A program made the position numbers and the translations under genes. A stretch of DNA of 32,000 nucleotides from Delftia acidovorans NBRC 14950. Lineage in GTDB: Bacteria; Pseudomonadota; Gammaproteobacteria; Burkholderiales; Burkholderiaceae_C. Positions 17,801 to 23,542 of this stretch are shown one piece after another (the stretch's first letter is position 1; each line of letters opens with the position of its first letter). Where the stretch lies: assembly GCF_001598795.1 (NCBI RefSeq), contig NZ_BCZP01000009.1, positions 150,001-182,000 of the forward strand, written 5' to 3'. The notes under the pieces were generated by a model that was not told the DNA's origin, searched no databases, and saw nothing but the letters and a program-made list of their open reading frames with translations.

Positions 17801-19594
17801 GACCTCATGCCGGGCGTTGTATTCGTAGCTGCTGCGCCGGCCCAGGGCGTCGGTGACATGCGTTGTGCGGCGGCCCAGGTCGTAGTCGAAGCGGGTGTCC
17901 AGCGTGCCGGGCTCGTCGGTCCAGGTCCGCACTACGCGGCCGCCCGCGTCAAGCCGGCTCCATTCCTGGTGGTGGGTGAAGCCGGTGCGGCTGCTGTAGG
18001 CCACCATCAGGTGCTGGCGATAGCGATAGTGCGCCGCGCCGCCCATGGCATCCGTGGCGGACTGGAGGTTGGCATGGGCGTCATCCGGGACGTTGCCATC
18101 CGTCCCATAGGCATAGCGTGCCAGCAGGCCGCCGACCTGTTCCACACCGTCGATCACACGGGATTCCAGGTGGATTTCCTGCAGGAGCGGGCCGGAGGGT
18201 CCCTGGTCTTCACTCCAGGTGAAGCGCAGCTTGCGGCCAGCACTGTCGGTCAGTCCCAGCGGGCGGGGCGCGCGGCCATCGATGCCTGTGGCGGTGTAGG
18301 CCGGGTAGTGAAGGGTGATGGTGTTGCCATTGCGGTCCACCAGGTGCACCAGTGGCAGACGCCATTGGCCGGTGGCCGGGGGGGCGAACAGGTGCCGGGT
18401 GCCATCGGCGCTTTCAACGCTCCAGCCGCCTTGCTGGTGGTGGGTGACGGTGATTTTTTCGCGCGGGTCGAAGTGGCTGGTACCGGCGGCAATCACGGGC
18501 AGCTGTATGCGGCGCCCGCGGGCGTCGTAGTAGTGCACCGCATCGTGGACCAGCACCAGTTCGGTGGACAGGGGCGTGCTCCATCCCCATCCAAGCCAGC
18601 CGGGGCGGCGGTCGCTGGAGCGGTAGTACCGCTGCCAGGTCAAGGCCATGGGGCCGGGCAATTCGAAATCCGTGTCGCGCAGGATCTTGGTGCCTGTGGC
18701 AAAGATCACGGGATGGCATGTGCCCAGTTCGCAGGTCGGTGGCGTGGCAATGCTTCCCTTGGAGGCGTTATCGATGATGTTGCCCTGCGTGTTGGGATTG
18801 ACGCTGTTGTCCGTGCGCTGTGCCACGGGGTTGCGGCGCGACTTGGCGCGCTGGGCGATCTTGCCCAGGACAAAGCCAATGGTGATGGCGGCCACGCCAT
18901 CGGCGATCACTTCGGCGATCTGGTCGATTTTTTCGTCGGTCAGGGGCGGTGCCAGCAGCTCCTGGATTTCCTGGGCGAGTTCGGCGACTTGCTCGGCCGC
19001 CTGGGCCATGGCGGCCCCTCCGACGACGAGGTTGACGCCGGGAATGAGCTTGCCCACGAGCTTGAGGGCGGGTCCGATCAGCGCGCTGGGATCGGTCAGG
19101 CTTTCTCCAAGGGCCGACAGCTGGCTGGAGAAGGCGCCCGGCAGCTTTTCGATCACCTTCTGCGCCAATTGGTCATAGGGACCGGGCAGCGCCTTCATGG
19201 CAAGGCGCATGGCCCAGCCAGGATTGATGACCATGGCGTTGCTTTTGGTCGTGTCGAAGGACCGCACGCTGCCCCGGCTCTCGAACTTGGTATCGCTGCT
19301 GTAGCTGGTGGGCTCGGCCGCGCCGCCGACAACGCCGGAACGCACGCCCGCGATACCACCGAGCTTGTCGGGTGTGGCGGGTATGGACTCGAAGCGGCTG
19401 CCGGCAACGGCCACGGGGTGCCCATCGATCTTGAGCGTGGCCGTGCCGTTCTTCAGGCCCGGGCCATGGGCCATGTTGAGGATGGGAACCGGTGGTCCCT
19501 GGGGCTTGGGAAAGACGGGGTTGATCGGGCCAGGAATCATGGCCGGATTGCGGCCTTCGTGGATGGCGCGGCGGTCGTTGACGTAGGTGGCCAT
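14837..19594 (-). CDS. T6SS Rhs-family polymorphic toxin: PAAR-like (DUF4150) N-domain, hydrophobic linker, YD-repeat Rhs cage, DPYGL motif, HNH-like C-terminal toxin
   Basis: ORF 14837..19780 trimmed to the ATG at 19594 (MATYVNDRRAIHEG...). Many YD repeats (e.g. YAYDAQGNL, YRYDAVGRL, YRYDALGRR). N-plug-like CHPVIFATGTKILRDTDFELPG. Core end RFRYYDPVVGRFVHQDPIGL...WIDPYGL lies at 15221-15235. Confidence 0.9.
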   Translation of the reverse strand: MATYVNDRRAIHEGRNPAMIPGPINPVFPKPQGPPVPILNMAHGPGLKNGTATLKIDGHPVAVAGSRFESIPATPDKLGGIAGVRSGVVGGAAEPTSYSSDTKFESRGSVRSFDTTKSNAMVINPGWAMRLAMKALPGPYDQLAQKVIEKLPGAFSSQLSALGESLTDPSALIGPALKLVGKLIPGVNLVVGGAAMAQAAEQVAELAQEIQELLAPPLTDEKIDQIAEVIADGVAAITIGFVLGKIAQRAKSRRNPVAQRTDNSVNPNTQGNIIDNASKGSIATPPTCELGTCHPVIFATGTKILRDTDFELPGPMALTWQRYYRSSDRRPGWLGWGWSTPLSTELVLVHDAVHYYDARGRRIQLPVIAAGTSHFDPREKITVTHHQQGGWSVESADGTRHLFAPPATGQWRLPLVHLVDRNGNTITLHYPAYTATGIDGRAPRPLGLTDSAGRKLRFTWSEDQGPSGPLLQEIHLESRVIDGVEQVGGLLARYAYGTDGNVPDDAHANLQSATDAMGGAAHYRYRQHLMVAYSSRTGFTHHQEWSRLDAGGRVVRTWTDEPGTLDTRFDYDLGRRTTHVTDALGRRSSYEYNARHEVIAIVEPGPDGQPVRSETRMDAAGNPQQARDAMGRTTRWQFDGQGNLLAVTDASGATTRLKYNQLNLPEEVTDALGHVWRQAYDAQGNLVERLDPLGHATRWKYDTRGLPVAIEDALGKTRHLQWDEAGQLVAYTDCSGQVTRYAWDILGNLVASTDALGQTTRYLHDALGRLRRMWGADGSEHHYAYDPQSNLLSYTDPQGAITRYTYNGLDQPVERRDALGGMLRYRYDAVGRLIALQNENGAVTSFTYDAADNLIEETGFDGRIQRYRYNAASELTELHERDAHLPPDTPYDPRPDAALPKRTLFRRDVLGRLVAKIHVGSDAAGNGDGGTTTYGYDLLGRMLHASNPDAHVRFAYDALSRLVEETQVHMAPSADERALATYSYRHAYDALSNRTDCWLPGGRHVQWLYYGSGHLHQILADGQVVSDIERDALHQEIERTQGTLTSRYGWDPMGRLTSHKVSQQGALQGQPGRPSPQALWDRDTPLPSGQRIARLYQYDPTGNLVATRDGLRGDSQYRYDALGRILAAQKNAAGGLPTSGRNLETFAFDPAGNLLNPNRGGDLSSGGTSNEREQVPTNRLAVYQDLRFQYDLHGNIVERRIGWHTVQRFRYSAEHQMLESTVTRYHDRPEPKIAGSNAQPEPAATVQTTRYRYDALGRRIDKHDAFGRTTFLYDGDLLAGEIRGSRLSEYLYEPDSFVPLAKLESEWRNEENRNAQAEADQASFATYYYHCDQIGAPQELTDETGRIVWAASYKVWGQTQQLQYLRTGTDDAAVFTHDQRPLALAAQGEVQSLALVEQPLRFQGQYFDGETGLHYNRFRYYDPVVGRFVHQDPIGLFGGNNLFIYANNPLEWIDPYGLAKRSGPGIREKLYPTRIRKRRRDALEKQQTDTNGNIPCAICGCLLNTSNTSVQHDPALVQTHNTQGYNTDQKTRNDLYNTTATSLVCLPCQKSEGGTMSHTQQYRTDTGPNFKPRKSRKKKDDGCAN
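14840..15220 (-). other. C-terminal toxin domain of the Rhs protein (127 aa), zinc-finger HNH nuclease-like
   Basis: After DPYGL the pattern is CAICG-x9-VQHDP-x20-NDLYN-x7-CLPCQK. This mirrors the CxxCG...DHxxP...N...CxxCNxxK pattern of HNH endonucleases. It is flanked by very basic tracts (RIRKRRR, KPRKSRKKK). The coding DNA is AT-rich, unlike the Rhs core. Confidence 0.5.
19220..19594 (-). other. PAAR-like (DUF4150-type) domain of the Rhs protein
   Basis: MATYVNDRRAIHEG..IPGPINPVFPKPQGPPVPILNMAHGPGLKNGTATLKIDGHPVAVAGSRFESIP...DTKFESRGSVRSFDTTKSN parallels DUF4150 proteins (Pro-rich segment, KIxGxxV, terminal TxxN). Confidence 0.6.
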
Positions 19595-19602
19595 GGATGG
19601 AC

Positions 19603-20733
19603 TCAGGACTCTTGGGAAATGGAGGATTGGCGCCGCCCGGCTGCGGAAGATCTTCCTGCCGTGCGGGCATGGCGATTCCAGGTGGCGCTCCAGGCGGCCA
19701 CGCGGGTGTTCAGCCCGGTGACCGTGAGCAGGCCTGCGTGGCCTGCCAGGGGCGACGGCATGACGGGGTGCGTCAGCCACTGGCGCATCTCATGGAACAG
19801 GCTGAGCATGAGAGGCGCCCAGGCCGCGCCCATTTGACCAAGCAGTGCTGCCGGGTCCTGGGCTTGCGGCAGGCCGCCCTGTGACGCCAGCGCCGCGGAG
19901 AGGCTGGCCAGCTCTGCGCCCCGCCATGCCGAGCCATCCATGTCGGACCAATAGGAGTGCAGGGCGTTGACCGGCATGTGCGCTGCCTTCAGCGCACCGT
20001 GGCTGGCCTCGATCAGTGCGCGGCCATCGGGCAGGGTGTCGCTGTCCAGGCGTGAGCGTGGCTCGTCTGCAAAGAATGGTGGATAGACCGTGACGAAATC
20101 TGCAGTGGCCGGCTTGCGGGACAGTCGTACGAAGGCTGCGCCTTCCGAGGCAATGAAGCCTTCGCACACGCCGTTGACCTTGGCCCAGCGACGCTGGTAG
20201 AGCACGTCCGCGATCTCCGTGTCCACGAAGCTGTCCACTCCGCCGATGATCACTTCGGGCACCGAGGGGTTGTCGTGCATGAAACGATAGGCCTGCGACA
20301 GCGCATCGGCGCCTGCCACTGCGCCGCCCGGGTAGACCTTGATGGGCAGGAACTCTGCGGCGAGGTCCAGTGCGCGGGGAAGCTCCAGTGCGAATCGGCC
20401 GGCGTCTATCCAGCCGGGCAGCTCGGGCAAGGAGTCGGGCAGTGCCACGAAGAGGGGGATGGGCCGCTGCAGCGGCCAGCCTGCGGCAGGCGCCGGCTGG
20501 CCGCGCAACGCTTCGTGCAGGGCAGGGGCTGCGAGCCGGATCAGGCGTTCCGTTCCTTTGCAGGCTGCATCAATGGCTTGCACCCGGGATACGGTGGCAC
20601 GGTGCTCGGCCTGACTGGTGATGGCCTGCCGGGTAAAGCTCGACTGGCGTGCAGTGAAGCCGCAGCCGGTCTGCCAGGCCCGTGTCCCGATGGGGGTGCA
20701 TGCACCAGTGGCCGCGATGACGAGAGGGTTCAT
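19603..20733 (-). CDS. ketosynthase-like (thiolase-fold) protein with apparently degenerate active site
   Basis: ORF 19603..20832 trimmed to the ATG at 20733, which forms an ATGA overlap with the upstream stop. MNPLVIAATGACTPIG, VIIGGVDS, EGAAFVRL, EASHGAL and LLGQMGAAWA parallel KAS I/II motifs. The expected nucleophile position reads GGAVAG. Confidence 0.5.
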   Translation of the reverse strand: MNPLVIAATGACTPIGTRAWQTGCGFTARQSSFTRQAITSQAEHRATVSRVQAIDAACKGTERLIRLAAPALHEALRGQPAPAAGWPLQRPIPLFVALPDSLPELPGWIDAGRFALELPRALDLAAEFLPIKVYPGGAVAGADALSQAYRFMHDNPSVPEVIIGGVDSFVDTEIADVLYQRRWAKVNGVCEGFIASEGAAFVRLSRKPATADFVTVYPPFFADEPRSRLDSDTLPDGRALIEASHGALKAAHMPVNALHSYWSDMDGSAWRGAELASLSAALASQGGLPQAQDPAALLGQMGAAWAPLMLSLFHEMRQWLTHPVMPSPLAGHAGLLTVTGLNTRVAAWSATWNRHARTAGRSSAAGRRQSSISQES

Positions 20734-22013
20734 GGTTGTGCCCTGCCGATGTTGAATGCCGCACGTTCGATCACGGAGGCCGTGCTGCAGGCCAGGGCCT
20801 GAACGACGGCCAGATCGTCGGCCTCGATCCACAGCGCTGCGCTCACGCGTGAGAGGTGTTCCAGATAGAGCAGTCGTCGCAAGGGCGCTCCCACCATGGC
20901 CGAGGACTCTTGCAGAACCACCTGTGTGCGAGGGCGGCCCAGACGCAGTGCAGGGCCTGAAACAGGAAGCGCGGCCAGGGCAGCATCCACGCAGGCGGCA
21001 CGGCCTGATGCCTCATTGCCCACGTCGAAGGCGATATCGGCAGGCTCTCCTGTAAGCAGGGCCGTGGCGTCAGCCAGGGTGCGGCACGTCTCTTCATCCT
21101 CCCAGACCGTATGGGCAGCAAGCTGGCGAAGCAGAGGAATGTCTCCTACAAGCGAGGCCGCATATACCTGCAGGCCCCAGGGCATTTGGGGATGCCGACC
21201 TTCCCGCAAGGCGCTTGCCAGCGCATGTCCATCCCTGGCGGCCAGCAGGGCCAAGGCCACGGTGGAATGCGGCATCCGGGCCAAAAGAGTGCGTGCCACA
21301 GGCGTTTCCTGCCGGCTGCCCATAAGCGCCAGCGCCAGCAAGGCGGCCTGCGCATCGCTGTCTTGTTGCGTGGCTGCGATGGCCTTGGCTTCATCGCCAC
21401 GCCCGGTGCATCGCCAATCACACAGGGCCGCCACGCCGCCCGGCAGACCGGATGTCCATGCAGAGATGGCTTGTGCGAATTCGTCGCTGACAGCCGGCCG
21501 GGAAATTGCGAGGCGCTGGAGCAACTGTGCCAATGGCGCGCTCTGCCTGTGCTGTTCCTGGGAGAGCAGCCAAGTGAAGTATTCGGCGACGGTGTTGTCA
21601 AAGCAAAACCGCATGGCGTTGAAGACCGCGTTCGGCTGGGCATGGAGATGGGCGCCCAACGTTCGCTCCAGCCCATCGTGAACGTGCTTGCGTTGCAGGT
21701 GCAGGGCTTGCAGGCAGGCCAGCGCGAAGATGCGGGAGGGCTCATCCAGGATTTCAGCGCCAGCTGTTTCGATGGCCTGCTGGCAGGCATGGTCCAGCTC
21801 AGGTGCGTGCATCAGGTGCTGCTTCAGGCCGCTCAGCGCCTGCACGATGCTGTCGTCGAACACGGCAAAGGCGTCGGGGCGCGACGCGGGGCGCTGCAGC
21901 AACTGGGAGCGGCGCCAGTACTGCGTTACCAGTGTGCGTGCCAAGCGGGGCGCCTGCCCGTCCATGATGGGGATGTCGATGGCCCGGGGAATGGGGAGTT
22001 CAATAACGGTCAT
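20730..22013 (-). CDS. alpha-helical (HEAT-like) repeat protein of unknown function, possibly TIGR02270-like
   Basis: ORF 20730..22049. The start is uncertain (ATG at 22049, 22013 or 21965, none with a clear SD). Ala/Leu-rich helical repeats such as DAQAALLALALMGSRQETPVARTLLARMPHSTVALALLAARDGHALASAL. The family name is from memory only. Confidence 0.45.
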   Translation of the reverse strand: MTVIELPIPRAIDIPIMDGQAPRLARTLVTQYWRRSQLLQRPASRPDAFAVFDDSIVQALSGLKQHLMHAPELDHACQQAIETAGAEILDEPSRIFALACLQALHLQRKHVHDGLERTLGAHLHAQPNAVFNAMRFCFDNTVAEYFTWLLSQEQHRQSAPLAQLLQRLAISRPAVSDEFAQAISAWTSGLPGGVAALCDWRCTGRGDEAKAIAATQQDSDAQAALLALALMGSRQETPVARTLLARMPHSTVALALLAARDGHALASALREGRHPQMPWGLQVYAASLVGDIPLLRQLAAHTVWEDEETCRTLADATALLTGEPADIAFDVGNEASGRAACVDAALAALPVSGPALRLGRPRTQVVLQESSAMVGAPLRRLLYLEHLSRVSAALWIEADDLAVVQALACSTASVIERAAFNIGRAQP

Positions 22014-22044
22014 GATGAAAAGAGGCTGGTCGCTACGTCGCAGC

Positions 22045-22067
22045 GGCATTGCATCAGGGACAATGCC
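22045..22067. promoter_or_regulatory. inverted repeat GGCATTG-N9-CAATGCC in the divergent intergenic region
   Basis: Seen directly between the helical-repeat gene and the DUF2169 gene, just upstream of the AGGAGG RBS (22072-22077) of the latter. Confidence 0.25.
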
Positions 22068-22087
22068 GCCCAGGAGGAACCCAAGCG

Positions 22088-23074
22088 ATGCTGGACAATC
22101 TGACGCCTTTTGCTGCGGAAATACTGCCGGGACACAGCGCCGACGGCGGCCTGTGCTCCACCGTGGTGATCAAGGCCACGCTGGATTTCGCGGGCCGCGC
22201 AGTGGCACAGGGCAAGGCAGTGCCGGTGTTTCGCGGTGATGAGTCCTTTGATGGGAGCGGGCACGTGGTGCGCCACGAGGCCGATATCGCCCCGCTGAAA
22301 TCCCGAGTGGATGTTCTGTTCAATGGCCATGCCCATGCACCTGGCGGCAAGGCTGTGGCACGTTTCGACGCGGGTCTGGCCATTGGCGGCGAAAACCGCG
22401 TCATCCGCGTCTTTGGCAAGCGCGTTTGGCGCCGCAAGATGGGGCTGGTGCCTGTGGTGCAGGAGCTGGAGCCTGCGCTCAAGGTTCCCCTGACCTACAA
22501 CCTCGCCTTTGGCGGTGCGGATGCAGAAAACCCCGAAATGTTTCACGGCCCCAATCCGGTGGGGGCGGGCTTCAGTGCAGGCCTTCCCCAGGACGGAGCG
22601 CCGATGCATCAGCTCGAATGGGTCGATGACCCGCTCCGATCGCCAGCCGACCGGATTTCGCCAGCCGGCTTTGGCTGCATAGGACGCAGCTGGTTGCCGC
22701 GTCGTGCCTTGTGGGGCAGCTATGCGGCTCAGGAGCTTGAACAGTCGCCGGGCCTTCTCTCGCGCATGCCGGCCTCTTTTGATCCGGCTGCATGGAACTG
22801 CGCCCATCCGCGCATGCAATTCAGGCGGGACCAGGTACGGGCGGGAACGAGGGTTGCCTGGGTCCACCTGAGCGCCGAGGGCGAGGGGGAGACCATCATT
22901 CCTGCTATCCGTCCGCAGCTCAGTTGGGTGATGCGTGGTGAGCGCGGCGCTGCAAGTCCCGAATTCGATACGCTGATCATTGAACCCGAGCATGGGCATC
23001 TGGTGCTCATATGGCGGCACACGCTTGCAGGGCATGTCCTGCGTGGTCTCGAAAGCGTTCAGGTCCATCTCTGA
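22088..23074 (+). CDS. DUF2169 family T6SS adaptor/chaperone-type protein
   Basis: ORF 22049..23074 trimmed to the ATG at 22088 after AGGAGG. Motifs: MLDNLTPFAAE, VVIKATLDF, EADIAPLKSRVDVLFNGHAHAPGG, VFGKRVW, PLTYNLAFGG, NPVGAGF, PAGFGCIGRSWLPR, FDTLIIEPEHGHLVLIWR. Confidence 0.75.
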   Translation: MLDNLTPFAAEILPGHSADGGLCSTVVIKATLDFAGRAVAQGKAVPVFRGDESFDGSGHVVRHEADIAPLKSRVDVLFNGHAHAPGGKAVARFDAGLAIGGENRVIRVFGKRVWRRKMGLVPVVQELEPALKVPLTYNLAFGGADAENPEMFHGPNPVGAGFSAGLPQDGAPMHQLEWVDDPLRSPADRISPAGFGCIGRSWLPRRALWGSYAAQELEQSPGLLSRMPASFDPAAWNCAHPRMQFRRDQVRAGTRVAWVHLSAEGEGETIIPAIRPQLSWVMRGERGAASPEFDTLIIEPEHGHLVLIWRHTLAGHVLRGLESVQVHL

Positions 23075-23082
23075 TCCAGCCT

Positions 23083-23532
23083 TCAGTTGATGCGGACTTC
23101 GGCCGCATCCAGATCCAGCAGGTCCCGCGCGTCCTGCTCAATCGTCAGTGCGACCAGACGGACAAGGCCCTGGGCTGTCAGCTTCAGCGTGGCTTGCCCG
23201 CAACTGAGCGTGATGCAGTCCTGCGACTGCAGGCGGATGGCACGCTGCCCCCACGGCGCTGCAGGAGAAGGCGAGAGAACGGCTGTAATGGTGGCCCGCC
23301 CGGTGGGCAGGACTGCGAGCAGGACCTCGTCTCCGGGAACCAGTTCCGGAAGCAGAACGCCAGCGGGAGCCTGAAGCGAAACCACGGGGTCTTGCGCAAG
23401 GGCCACCAGATACAGGTCTTGTTCCTGAGCTTCGATGACTCGTCCAGCCAGGAGCTGTACGTTCGACACGGCGTGCTGCAGGCTGCCGTCATCGGACGGT
23501 TCGACAGGAATGCGTGCTTGTGGGATTGCCAT
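23083..23532 (-). CDS. small VgrG-associated protein whose C-terminus resembles the VgrG C-terminal beta-helix end
   Basis: 149 aa. The ATG lies 10 nt after the vgrG stop and is preceded by AAGGAA. The last 43 aa align without gaps to the last 43 aa before the NPA tail of VgrG (12 identities, including CG, A-L, T, G-V, TI and terminal IN). Confidence 0.55.
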   Translation of the reverse strand: MAIPQARIPVEPSDDGSLQHAVSNVQLLAGRVIEAQEQDLYLVALAQDPVVSLQAPAGVLLPELVPGDEVLLAVLPTGRATITAVLSPSPAAPWGQRAIRLQSQDCITLSCGQATLKLTAQGLVRLVALTIEQDARDLLDLDAAEVRIN

Positions 23533-23542
23533 GGGATTTCCT

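Noticed and set aside
17684-19837. 717-aa + strand ORF antisense to the Rhs gene, and other internal alternative-frame ORFs (for example 15570-16577, 15733-16452)
   Set aside because: These are GC-driven shadow frames. Only the 14837-19594 frame shows YD repeats, the PAAR-like domain and the DPYGL motif.
22010-23068. 352-aa minus-strand ORF that would keep this position co-oriented with the rest of the T6SS operon
   Set aside because: I considered it seriously because of the odd inversion. However, its translation has no recognisable motifs and is Arg/His/Ala-rich. The + strand frame contains the full DUF2169 motif series and an AGGAGG RBS.
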